From an uncultured Gammaproteobacteria bacterium (GTDB lineage Bacteria > Patescibacteriota > Microgenomatia > UBA10105 > UBA927): a stretch of 64,000 nt of DNA. The position numbers were made by a program, and so were the translations under genes. Positions within the stretch are counted from its first letter, which is position 1. Every line of letters begins with the position of its first letter. The stretch spans positions 10,390 to 74,389 of the forward strand of contig CAZUOM010000001.1 in NCBI GenBank assembly GCA_964621305.1, in the 5' to 3' direction. The notes beneath the pieces are model-generated. The model was not told the DNA's origin and did not search any database. It worked only from the letters and a program-made list of their open reading frames with translations. This document shows, piece by piece, positions 47,915 to 57,334 of this stretch.

Positions 47915-48759
47915 AAATCGATGGGAAAGCGATTGCGGAAAAGATGCTCGTCGACCTGGCTGAGCAGGTGACAAAGCTCAAAGAGCACGGGGTCGCGCCG
48001 ACGCTGGCGGTGACTTTGGTGGGGGAAAACCCCGCATCGCTGTCGTACATTAAGCAAAAGCAGAAAGCTGCCGAAAAAATCGGAGCCACCCTTGAACTCA
48101 AACAATTTCCGGAGACAGCCGATGCTCACATCATCAATGAAACAATTGAACAATGTAACAATGATTCTTCAATCCACGGCATCATTGTCCAGCGACCATT
48201 ACCAGAGACACTCCACTCAATATATCAATATATTAATATATTGAAAGACGTTGATGGATTTGTGCCGAATTCGCCGTTTGTCGTCCCGGTGGCAACAGCA
48301 GTTTTTGAGATACTCAAAAACTGCAAATCCCAAATCCCAAATCCCAATGACCAAAAAATATCTTTTAGTGAATGGATGAGAACAAAATCCGTTGTCGTCG
48401 TCGGCAGGGGAGAGACTGCGGGGGGTCCAATAACAGATGCACTCACTAAACGAGGATGTCAGGTTTCCGTCGTTCACTCGCAAACAAAAAATCCGGATGA
48501 CATAATCAAAACCGGTGATGTCGTCATCAGCTGTGTCGGGAAACCAAATATTGTGCGACGCGATAACATAAAAAAAGATGCCTTTCTTGTCAGCGTGGGC
48601 ATCTGGCGAGATGCTGAGGGGAAATTGCACGGCGACTATGATGAAGAGGCGGTCGCAGATGTAGCCAGTTTTTACACGCCAACCCCAGGCGGTGTCGGTC
48701 CAGTCAACGTCGCCTGCCTAATGAAAAATCTTGTCGTGGCAAGCCAAAAAACTTCTTGA
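47911..48759 (+). CDS. folD: Bifunctional methylenetetrahydrofolate dehydrogenase/cyclohydrolase
   Basis: IDGKAIA, HGIIVQRPLP, KDVDG, TPGGVGP. Confidence 0.95.
   Translation: MKIDGKAIAEKMLVDLAEQVTKLKEHGVAPTLAVTLVGENPASLSYIKQKQKAAEKIGATLELKQFPETADAHIINETIEQCNNDSSIHGIIVQRPLPETLHSIYQYINILKDVDGFVPNSPFVVPVATAVFEILKNCKSQIPNPNDQKISFSEWMRTKSVVVVGRGETAGGPITDALTKRGCQVSVVHSQTKNPDDIIKTGDVVISCVGKPNIVRRDNIKKDAFLVSVGIWRDAEGKLHGDYDEEAVADVASFYTPTPGGVGPVNVACLMKNLVVASQKTS
48324..48351 (+). repeat. Heptamer CAAATCC x3-4 within folD
   Basis: caaatcc x3 plus caatgac, encoding KSQIPNPND. Confidence 0.85.
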
Positions 48760-48792
48760 CGCGGCATACGAGTCACATGTTATACTCATAGT

Positions 48793-48960
48793 ATGAAAGC
48801 GATTAATGCTTCAAAAAATCCCTCCGTACGAATGATCGAACGAATAGATAAAACAATTGAGTTAGTAAAGCAACTAAAACAACTTATACAGGAATGGAAA
48901 CTTGAAAAAGAATTCGCAAAGAAGATGACTTACCCCACACAACAACCTTCAACAGTATGA
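48793..48960 (+). CDS. Small hypothetical protein (55 aa)
   Basis: TATACT 6 nt upstream; ATGA overlap with next ORF. Confidence 0.6.
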   Translation: MKAINASKNPSVRMIERIDKTIELVKQLKQLIQEWKLEKEFAKKMTYPTQQPSTV

Positions 48961-49133
48961 GTGACCTATCAGATGATATTCTTCAGAAACTTGATAAAGT
49001 TATGGGTGAGCTTCAAAACATGCAAGAAGAATTTACATTACAGATGGGTAAATATGAAAAAATTGGAGAGCTGGAGGAGCGCGTCGAACTTCTTGAGGAA
49101 AAAATAAACAAACTTGAACAACCCACTTCATGA
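48957..49133 (+). CDS. Small coiled-coil protein (58 aa), related to 5626..5889
   Basis: KLDKVMGEL...ELEERVELLEEK. Confidence 0.65.
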   Translation: MSDLSDDILQKLDKVMGELQNMQEEFTLQMGKYEKIGELEERVELLEEKINKLEQPTS

Positions 49134-49231
49134 AGCAAACCGCCATCCTCATCACGTTTTTCTTTCTTGCCCTTTTTGCCTATACCAAAATTGCTGGCCC
49201 CATTCCGTTTGCTGTCACGAGCGTTTTGTGA
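49130..49231 (+). pseudogene. 33 aa probable 5' stub of a membrane-anchored protein (SIMPL/DUF541-like from recall)
   Basis: MKQTAILITFFFLALFAYTKIAGPIPFAVTSVL* stops just after the TM anchor. Confidence 0.45.
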
Positions 49232-49305
49232 AGTCCAGAATTTTACCTCTCCGTGTAGATACTATAGGACTTGTTACGCATTGCCACTACTAGTAGAATG
49301 GATCA

Positions 49306-49902
49306 ATGGGACGGTCACATGTCACCCCTCTATTACAGCCAGATGACACCACCTGCGGACCAGCAGCTCTCAAAATGGCGTTGGCAATTTTGGGAAAAAG
49401 AAAATCGCTTGCATCGCTCATTGATTTGTGCAAAACCACGCGAAACGGTACCAGCACGCGGCATCTAGTTGACGCCATCAACAAACTCGGTTTTGCCGTC
49501 CTCGTCATCGAATATGCCACACTCAATCACTTGCAAAGCGCACTTCGCTATCCACGCACCAAGCCGCGCGCAGTGTTGGTATCATACCTATACGATCTTG
49601 ACGAGTGGGATAAGCCGCATCCAGACTCTGGTCATTGGGCCGCAGTATCGTCGTATTCAGGCAGAAATAGCCGCATAGTACTTTTGGATTCAGCAAGCGG
49701 TAGAAAAAAGTCCTACCGGTGGATGGAATTTCGCTATCGATGGATGGACTTTGATCTCAAACGAAAAAAACTCCATAAACGTGGACGCAGATTTCGACTC
49801 GTGAAGAGATGGCAAAATCAACTACTGATGGTCATTGCCAAAAACCCAGAAAATTTGCCGAAGTTCCACATCACGACAGCCAGAGTATTTCTGCCAAACT
49901 AA
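49306..49902 (+). CDS. C39-like papain-fold cysteine peptidase
   Basis: Q....TCGPAAL, GHW, LLDS catalytic pattern. Confidence 0.85.
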   Translation: MGRSHVTPLLQPDDTTCGPAALKMALAILGKRKSLASLIDLCKTTRNGTSTRHLVDAINKLGFAVLVIEYATLNHLQSALRYPRTKPRAVLVSYLYDLDEWDKPHPDSGHWAAVSSYSGRNSRIVLLDSASGRKKSYRWMEFRYRWMDFDLKRKKLHKRGRRFRLVKRWQNQLLMVIAKNPENLPKFHITTARVFLPN

Positions 49903-49966
49903 GGAGATTTTTGGTTTCGAAATTTCTCGGCGTATCGGCTAGATACGGAATCATAGAAAGTATACA

Positions 49967-50959
49967 CTACCGGCGTCTGCTACGTCGCAGGCATGAAGTG
50001 ACAATCTCCCAAAGAAAATCAGCAAACGTCATGCCAGCGGCGTGGAATGAAACACTCATACCGTAGTCTTCATTATCTTCTAGCCCCGGGTTGGGATTGG
50101 CCTCAAGAAGAAAAACGTCATCGCCGCGCGTTCGAATGTCGAGCCTGCTATAATCGGCAAAACCCAGCACGGTAAACGCTTTATTGCTTATCTTCGCTAA
50201 AGCTTGCTCAAGTTCCGGTGACAACCTGGCCAACTCAACACTCGAGGTTTCGTACTCAGGATGATCTTCTATCCAGCGACTGGCATAGGTGAGAAATGCG
50301 CGCGTTCTTTTTTCCTCAAAGATAATCTCCGCCGGCGGCAATACTACCTGGCCACCTCGCCGTTCCAGAACAGTCGTCTGAAACTCGCGGCCGATGATAA
50401 ATTCCTCAGCAAACACCGGTTGGTTATGCTGGACGAGTTGCGCTGTCACAATCGGCAATAATTCGTAGGAACTTTCTGCAATCGACTCGTAGGTTAACCC
50501 GATGCTACAATGCTCATAGATTGGTTTAACAATGACCGGAAACCTAAGAGCAGGATCAATGGGCTCTGTACCGCCTTCAAACAATTGCCATCTCGGTGTC
50601 AACAATCCGGCATCGCGGAGCATTTTTTTCATATGCACTTTATTGGCAACTAGCGCAAATGTCGCTGCCGACGACCCGGTCATGGGGATGGCAAGTTTTT
50701 CCAATGCACCAAAGGCCTTAATTGCCAACGCCGTATCCAACCCCGACCACTCAATCAGATTAAAGAGGCAGTCGGCACGAATTGTAGCAACGTCACTTAT
50801 GGAATCTTCTGAAATTGGTACCAACGTGACATCGGCGCCCTTGGAGATGAGTTCCTTTTCGATGGCGAGGGCCGAAACTTTGGTATCTTCATCGGTTGCC
50901 ACAAAAGGGCTCGCAATGGCCCGACGGGTTGGTAAAGAGTACACAATGGCAATTTTCAT
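49967..50959 (-). CDS. D-Ala-D-Ala ligase-like ATP-grasp enzyme
   Basis: PVIVKP..EHCSIG, EEFIIGRE, RLDIR, LEANPNP. Confidence 0.85.
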   Translation of the reverse strand: MKIAIVYSLPTRRAIASPFVATDEDTKVSALAIEKELISKGADVTLVPISEDSISDVATIRADCLFNLIEWSGLDTALAIKAFGALEKLAIPMTGSSAATFALVANKVHMKKMLRDAGLLTPRWQLFEGGTEPIDPALRFPVIVKPIYEHCSIGLTYESIAESSYELLPIVTAQLVQHNQPVFAEEFIIGREFQTTVLERRGGQVVLPPAEIIFEEKRTRAFLTYASRWIEDHPEYETSSVELARLSPELEQALAKISNKAFTVLGFADYSRLDIRTRGDDVFLLEANPNPGLEDNEDYGMSVSFHAAGMTFADFLWEIVTSCLRRSRRR

Positions 50960-51879
50960 TTACGGTGGTATTTTTCGTGGATTTCTTTCAGTTGGGGATT
51001 GGTGATGTGGGTGTAAATTTGCGTGGTAGCAACATTTTTGTGGCCCAACATTTCCTGGATCGCTCGAAGATCGGCCCCGTGACTTAATAAGTCTGTCGCA
51101 AAACTATGACGCAGCCCGTGGGGAGTAATTTTTATCGGCAGCCGAGCGGCAAGCACATACTTCTCTACCATCCGCTGGATGCTTCGACTTGTTAGTCTCA
51201 GCATTTCTCCTGCTTTATCAGCAGGATCAGCACGTTTTCCACTATAGCGGATAAACAATGGTTTTGCAGCGTCTTCGCGCCTAGCTATGTATTGCTGGAT
51301 CCAGCCGGCGGCAGCGTCGGACAAAAATACTACGCGGCTCCGGCGGCCTTTTCCGATGACACCAAATTCTTTGCGCTCTAAATTAATCTGATCACGGTTG
51401 AGCCCGACCAACTCTGATACGCGCAGGCCCGTTGAAAACAACACCTCAAGGATTGCCTTGTCGCGCATCCCTTCGATTTTGGAAATCTCCGGCATCCCCA
51501 GGAGCCGCTCGACGGCTTCCCGTTCCAAAAACTTGATGCTGTGGCCTTCTGCTTTACCAAGTTCGACCATCTCCGGCGAAAGCACACCGGGAATGCCGCG
51601 GCGAATAAGATATTTGAGCAACGATCGAAGTGCGATAAGGTGATAATTTTGTGTGACCCGCTTAAGCGGTAGGCCTTTTTCGTCCGCAAAGCGGGAAAGG
51701 AACAGGCGATACTGACGAACTGATTCGGCCGTAATTTGTGACAGGGGAGTGGATTTGGAGCCTAAGAAAGCCAAAAACCGCCTTAAATAGTGTTTATAAT
51801 TGCGAATCGTCAGCTGGCTGACATTTCGCTCAATTTCAAGATATTCCAAAAATTCTTTGAGAAGCTGAGAAAGATTCAT
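50956..51879 (-). CDS. XerC/D-family tyrosine recombinase
   Basis: TGLRVSEL, GKG, TPHGLRHSFAT, LGH....TTQIY. Confidence 0.95.
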   Translation of the reverse strand: MNLSQLLKEFLEYLEIERNVSQLTIRNYKHYLRRFLAFLGSKSTPLSQITAESVRQYRLFLSRFADEKGLPLKRVTQNYHLIALRSLLKYLIRRGIPGVLSPEMVELGKAEGHSIKFLEREAVERLLGMPEISKIEGMRDKAILEVLFSTGLRVSELVGLNRDQINLERKEFGVIGKGRRSRVVFLSDAAAGWIQQYIARREDAAKPLFIRYSGKRADPADKAGEMLRLTSRSIQRMVEKYVLAARLPIKITPHGLRHSFATDLLSHGADLRAIQEMLGHKNVATTQIYTHITNPQLKEIHEKYHRK

Positions 51880-52105
51880 AGACTACCTAATTGTGCGACA
51901 TTATCAAAAAAAGTCAAGTTTTTTTGTGGATTAAGGATCAATAACCAATACAGATGATTCATTTCTCAGCAATCAAGTACCTAGTCGGTCCCCTAAAATG
52001 AGCCTCATTTTTGAGCCTCTGTAGTGACCTAGAATGACTGATTCGTCATAAGATGATATGTATCAATGGGAGATAAGGAGTAAGAAAAGTAAAAAAGTAT
52101 TTAAA

Positions 52106-52184
52106 GTCCGTTTTGCGACGACTTCCGAGACGCTGCAAAACGGACGCAGACTTTTGCGATGGTACTCATGTACGTCGCAAAAGT
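52106..52184. repeat. Two adjacent inverted repeats in an 840 bp non-coding gap
   Basis: GTCCGTTTTGC/GCAAAACGGAC and ACTTTTGCGA/TCGCAAAAGT. Confidence 0.7.
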
Positions 52185-52722
52185 ACTATTGTACGACATA
52201 TTCAACTAACAACCTAACGGGCTTTTATACCCACCAAAGACCGCGGGGAGCAAAAGAGCCTTGATGCGCAAAAAACGGTGACAGATAGATCACTCTGAGC
52301 TGCGGACTGACGGTATAGAATATCGTCCATGCTCGACGTCGCATCAAAACCTCTTTCGGGTTTCCTATAGCAGTTTAGATTTAGAGCGTATTTATGGGCC
52401 AAATGCATTATTTCGAGGCTAAAGTGTTTAACCATAGCACTCTATAAGCAATGGTTTTGGTATTTATTTAGATTGTCTATATGCTCCATATGACTGTTTT
52501 TGAGGCTGATAATCTACTCTGTTCTTTGTCAATGCTAACGCTATTTAGCTTGTAACAACAATTCAAACGTGTGTTTGTCGTTCACATTGTGTACTCAGGG
52601 GGCGGGTTAAGGACTGTGAAAAAGAAACTCCAAAGTTGTGAAATAAATTATCTCTATGAACCAAAGTTACCCTATAGTTATTTATCAACAATATCAAACT
52701 ATATCCTCTCTCTCCCCTATGC

Positions 52723-53556
52723 CTATCCGCGCCATCGCGACGTTATGATAGCTAGAAGAAACACTATAAAAAAAACCGATAAAAATTCAATCATTGTTTT
52801 TTTATAAAGTTTTTCAACAAGGTAATGCTGTGCTATGCCTGCAAAACTATAAAAAGTAGTAGTCAAAAGAAGTGCAGTTAAAACCGGTTTCATTGGCCAA
52901 AATCCTAAAGTAAATGCAAGTTCAAAGGTAATGATAAAGAATACTATGACAATCTCCCCTACTCTTTTTGTTACACGGTCACCAAGTTCATAAGCCCAAA
53001 GAGACTGAAACAATAATCCGCCATGGACTGCTGCAAGAAGAATTGTCGTACCAATAATCGGCCATCGAAACGAGAATATCGTAAGTATCAGGAGAAAATC
53101 CGTCACTAATGTAATGAGGAAACCAATAGAGTGTGCAGCTCGAAGCAGGCCAATACCCCGCTGCGCTGCCACGTTATAAATATTTTCCGTCAAAAGGAGC
53201 GCATACATACCAATACAGTAAACAAGTGCAACCGGAAGCCGTGTAGCCCAACGAACGGGAAGAAGAAAGTAAAAAAGCGAAACAGCGGCAGTAAAAAGCG
53301 TCGGAAGCATCAACAAAGTCACCCACTCAACCCCATGCAAGTCCTCCCGCAACACGAACGCAGAGGCACAAAAGGCTAGTAGTGATAGTACTCCGACCAA
53401 CGGATATCGAAGGTCTATAGATACTAACTGAGTAAGTACCAGACCACTGGTAAGCACGAACGTAGCGCACACAAATTCTTGCCGCTTAGTTAGCGCAAGA
53501 GGCCGTTTCCTCCGTTTGAGTTGTTTTTGGAAAGCATCAATGATCGAATACCGCAT
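52723..53556 (-). CDS. Multi-TM hypothetical membrane protein
   Basis: Many hydrophobic helices, LLTENIYNVAA motif. Confidence 0.8.
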   Translation of the reverse strand: MRYSIIDAFQKQLKRRKRPLALTKRQEFVCATFVLTSGLVLTQLVSIDLRYPLVGVLSLLAFCASAFVLREDLHGVEWVTLLMLPTLFTAAVSLFYFLLPVRWATRLPVALVYCIGMYALLLTENIYNVAAQRGIGLLRAAHSIGFLITLVTDFLLILTIFSFRWPIIGTTILLAAVHGGLLFQSLWAYELGDRVTKRVGEIVIVFFIITFELAFTLGFWPMKPVLTALLLTTTFYSFAGIAQHYLVEKLYKKTMIEFLSVFFIVFLLAIITSRWRG

Positions 53557-53622
53557 TGCCTCAATTTTATATACTAGCATTGATATTGACTTTTCTCAAT
53601 TATACACAGTACACTTTCGTCC

Positions 53623-54378
53623 ATGACCATCGACCCACCGCTTTTAGATCAAGCCATAGATGAAGCGCTTGCTGGCCACTGGAAAGAAGCAATACAGATC
53701 AATCTTGCAATCCTCAAAGGTAAAAAGTCTGATATCGATACGCTTAACCGTCTCGCTTACGCTTACTTACAGTATGGCGATGTCACATCAGCCAAAAGAA
53801 TATTTCGAAAAGTTCTTAAACTGGATCAATATAATGGCATAGCGATCAAAAACTCTAAACTACTTGAGCAAGTAAAACACAAATCAATAAAAAAATCCTT
53901 TCCCCCTGCATCCCCTAATGATTTTTTAGAAGATCCTGGCAAAACAAAAATCGTCTCCTGTGTCCATTTGGCTCCTACACAAATACTTATGTCGCTTTCC
54001 CCGGGCCAACAAGTACTATTGAAGGCCCGCAGACATACAGTCGAACTACGTACCAGTGATACAACCTATGTAGCTGCCCTTCCTGACGACATTGCTTTTA
54101 AACTTCTTAAGCTTTTAGCTGCTGGCAATACGTACCAGGCTGTAATCAAAGCAATTGGTAAAAACTTACTCACCATCATGCTTCGAGAAACCAGTCGCGG
54201 AAAACGATATGCAAATCAACCGTCATTTATTTCAACAACGACAGCTAGCTACGTGCCTCTTACTACTAGTGATATACGTGAAGAAAGTAAACCGTCTGTT
54301 ACATTTACTGGTGAGGAAGAAGTCGATGAAGAAGATCCCATCAAGCCTACCGCAGATAGTGAAGAAGAAGGTCCTTAA
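53623..54378 (+). CDS. TPR-containing protein
   Basis: TLNRLAYAY..G...A...F.KVLKLD; acidic tail. Confidence 0.8.
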   Translation: MTIDPPLLDQAIDEALAGHWKEAIQINLAILKGKKSDIDTLNRLAYAYLQYGDVTSAKRIFRKVLKLDQYNGIAIKNSKLLEQVKHKSIKKSFPPASPNDFLEDPGKTKIVSCVHLAPTQILMSLSPGQQVLLKARRHTVELRTSDTTYVAALPDDIAFKLLKLLAAGNTYQAVIKAIGKNLLTIMLRETSRGKRYANQPSFISTTTASYVPLTTSDIREESKPSVTFTGEEEVDEEDPIKPTADSEEEGP

Positions 54379-55298
54379 AATCGCTTCTCAAATTCTTCTC
54401 CAACGCGAACTTCGATATCTGATCGACTCGTCTCTCCTTCTTTGACACTACAGGAATAAAAATGTGCAATATATCGCACGGTCTTACTATTAAGAGCTTC
54501 TCTTCTACCCAGTATGATACAGCGCCCAACGGTTGGACTATCGTTACCGATGCCGACCACTAGCGCCCCCGCTCGACTGATTCGGCGCTCCATACGTCTT
54601 CCCAGTGTTGGCATAGTCGTCGTATTGTAAACCATCACCCGAAGCGATTCGACGCGCACATCCTCCTCCTCTAGGCGTGTTCCCAAAACAACATCAAGCC
54701 GATCCATATCAAGAAGTCCAAGCGTCGTACCGTCTGCAAGTTCTTTTTGAACTATCGCACTGGTTTTCCCGACATCGAGCTTTTCAAATGCCTCGGTCCG
54801 AAGTCCTTGGGTTGCCAACGCCAACGGCAAAAAAGTTTGGAGTGGGAGGTTACTTCTATATCTACCCATAACCAACGCCAATGCATTTCCAATAGAAAAC
54901 ATCTTTCTTATGGAGGTTTCTGCCACCGGTTGATCGGGCAGCTCACCGATTTTGGGCCCGTGGTACCAGGGAATGACGACGCCTAGTGTTTCTCCGAGGC
55001 TATCAGCCAAAAGCGCTTTATTCTTGGTATCCAGCTCCCCCAACTTCCAAAGCGACTCCAACGAATACTCGCCTACACGCCTCATTCCGCTAATCGTGAT
55101 AGCCGAAGGAAGTTCAATGACGGTAACATGTTTTTTCCTCCCATCCCACGAGGCAACCAGCATCGGGTTGCCGACCAGAAGAACCGTAGTACGAAAGGGA
55201 GAACTTGGAAACAAATGCTTAAGGAGAAACACAAGCAATATCGCAAAAGACGCATATAGAAGGCCCAACCGATTATATCGCCTCTGGCTCTTTACCAT
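54375..55298 (-). CDS. Membrane-anchored protein with LytR C-terminal-like domain
   Basis: VYNTT..PTLG, DIEVRVGE. Confidence 0.7.
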   Translation of the reverse strand: MVKSQRRYNRLGLLYASFAILLVFLLKHLFPSSPFRTTVLLVGNPMLVASWDGRKKHVTVIELPSAITISGMRRVGEYSLESLWKLGELDTKNKALLADSLGETLGVVIPWYHGPKIGELPDQPVAETSIRKMFSIGNALALVMGRYRSNLPLQTFLPLALATQGLRTEAFEKLDVGKTSAIVQKELADGTTLGLLDMDRLDVVLGTRLEEEDVRVESLRVMVYNTTTMPTLGRRMERRISRAGALVVGIGNDSPTVGRCIILGRREALNSKTVRYIAHFYSCSVKEGETSRSDIEVRVGEEFEKRF

Positions 55299-55441
55299 TC
55301 TTTCTTCCCTTTTTTAATAATCTCAACCTTCGGCAGAGACCATGAAGCGCTTACGCCCATTTGTTTGACGGCCTTTTTCTCCAACTGGCTTTTTTTGAGC
55401 TTCTTTTTATCTCCCTTGTAATATGCCCCAAACTGCCCCAT
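55292..55441 (-). CDS. 49 aa Lys-rich small protein
   Basis: MGQFGAYYKGDKKKLKK...LPKVEIIKKGKKEW*; overlaps start of next gene. Confidence 0.7.
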   Translation of the reverse strand: MGQFGAYYKGDKKKLKKSQLEKKAVKQMGVSASWSLPKVEIIKKGKKEW

Positions 55442-55603
55442 ACATATAGCCTACCAAAGTCTCTTTGAATTGACAAGGCAGAGAGAGACAGGAAGTGATG
55501 CTCACTTTTTTCCCTTCGCGATAAGCTGTCGTGGCTCGAGTCTTCGTATCAATTAAAACTATTCTTTTTACTAACGTAATACTTTTTTGTCAAGTGTTAC
55601 GTT

Positions 55604-57334
55604 TTACCCCAACCCGTGCTCGATTTTGAGGCGGCTTACTTTACCGGCTATGTCTTCTTCCGACTGGCCAAACTTGCTAAGTAGACGCTCAACGATAGAT
55701 ATGGCTGCTTCAAATTCCGGCTGGATTACCGAATCGACACCAAGAGACTTTAAGATCCTTTGGTCTTCTTCAAAATGCGTCCTGCAAATGATGTTGATGC
55801 GCCGATTTAATGTTTGAGCGTTGCTTATAATCATCTCTTGTGTATGGCGGTCTGGAATGGCAATGATGATGGCGCGGGCTAGATCTACTTGAGCGTAGTC
55901 AAGCACTTCTTTTTCCGCCGGATCGCCAAACACGGCATGGATACCGCGGCTCTGAAGATCTTTGACTGTGTGGTGGTTGTAATCAACGACCAAAAGGGGG
56001 ATGCCCGCCATCTCTAGCGCGCGACCGATGTATTTCCCTACCCTGCCGTAGCCGCAGATTACGATGTGGCCCTCAATTGGGTAATCTTCCCTGCCGACCG
56101 TCTCCTTCACTTTGACCGGAAAAACCTTGGGCCAGCGTGATCCGAAGGCGCTCGTCAGCCAATAGTAGATTCTCTGACCGCGTGCTATCAACGGACTGGT
56201 AATGGCTATGGTTAAAATGGTTAGTGTGATAAGAAGAACTTCTTGATCGGGCGTAAAAACTCCAATCTTCCTCCCCTCTTGAGCAATTACAAATCCGAAT
56301 TCTGACATTTGTGTTAGCGACAGCGCCACGAGAAAGGCGGTTTTGCGATGATAGCCAAGAAATCTCATGAGTCCCAGAACGATACAGGCTTTGACGAAAA
56401 TAACAAGAACGATCAGAAAAAGAAGCGTGGGCAATTTTAGTGTAACGACAGAGATAGGGATGACGAAACCGAGGGCAACGAAAAAAATAACGGCAAAAAC
56501 GTCTCGCAGTGGCCTGACTTCGGCAAAAATTGCGTGGTTTTGGGTTGTCTCGGCAACCAAAAGTCCTGCTATAAAGGCTCCCAATGGCGCCGGCAAGCCA
56601 ACGGCCAGACTCGCTACAGCCCCAATAAACACCAGTCCAACGACGCTAATAAGCAGAAGCTCTCCGCTTCGAAGGCTTGTAATATAATTGAGCACTCTAG
56701 GAATAATCGAGCGACCCAGGAGAAACACAAAGCTCAGGTAAATCACTGATTTGGCAACACTGACCATAAGCGCCGAGCCTACATCAATAAAAGATGCCTG
56801 CGTTCCGGAGGCAACAGCAGCAATGGCCGGCAGAATAATCATCATTGGAACAACTGCGATATCCTGAACAATGAGCCATGCAGAAGAAACCGTTGCTGGC
56901 AGTGTGTCCATTTCTCCTCGTTCCGATAAAATTTTGACAACAACGGCAGTCGATGAAAGCGAAACTGCTGCAGCAATAAAAAGTGCAACGACAAAAGAAA
57001 AACCCATGAACGAAACAGCTACCAAAAAAACTACGATACTAACAAGAATCTGTACAACTGCAGCTAGCCAAATCGTCGAGAGTACATGCCGCAGTCGATG
57101 GAAAGTGAACTCGACTCCCAGAGTAAACAGGAGAAGAGTGACCCCAACATCGGCAATCAGTTCAAGAAGTGGTCGATTCGTAATCCCCGGAAAAATATTA
57201 CCGAGGACTAAGCCAACGCCAATGTATCCCACGACTGCTGGCAGCTTCACTTTCCGGGCCAATATACCGCCCCCCAGGGCGGAGATGAAAACAAAAAAAA
57301 GCGTGGTGGTGAGGGATAAATTAGCCAACTGCAT
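55604..57334 (-). CDS. CPA2 cation:proton antiporter with TrkA-N domain
   Basis: LLLFTLGVEF, SSTAVV, QD, GYGRVG. Confidence 0.92.
   Translation of the reverse strand: MQLANLSLTTTLFFVFISALGGGILARKVKLPAVVGYIGVGLVLGNIFPGITNRPLLELIADVGVTLLLFTLGVEFTFHRLRHVLSTIWLAAVVQILVSIVVFLVAVSFMGFSFVVALFIAAAVSLSSTAVVVKILSERGEMDTLPATVSSAWLIVQDIAVVPMMIILPAIAAVASGTQASFIDVGSALMVSVAKSVIYLSFVFLLGRSIIPRVLNYITSLRSGELLLISVVGLVFIGAVASLAVGLPAPLGAFIAGLLVAETTQNHAIFAEVRPLRDVFAVIFFVALGFVIPISVVTLKLPTLLFLIVLVIFVKACIVLGLMRFLGYHRKTAFLVALSLTQMSEFGFVIAQEGRKIGVFTPDQEVLLITLTILTIAITSPLIARGQRIYYWLTSAFGSRWPKVFPVKVKETVGREDYPIEGHIVICGYGRVGKYIGRALEMAGIPLLVVDYNHHTVKDLQSRGIHAVFGDPAEKEVLDYAQVDLARAIIIAIPDRHTQEMIISNAQTLNRRINIICRTHFEEDQRILKSLGVDSVIQPEFEAAISIVERLLSKFGQSEEDIAGKVSRLKIEHGLG

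Noticed and set aside
49306-50959. C39 peptidase plus ATP-grasp as a RiPP cluster
   Set aside because: The genes are convergent, no precursor peptide is evident, and the ATP-grasp is Ddl-like and coupled to the xer gene.
50956-51879. Tyrosine recombinase as a prophage or island integrase
   Set aside because: Size and motifs fit chromosomal Xer; no phage genes or flanking att/tRNA duplication.
51880-52722. Firm call of oriC or terminus
   Set aside because: DnaA boxes are few and imperfect, dnaA is absent, and no skew switch could be established by eye.
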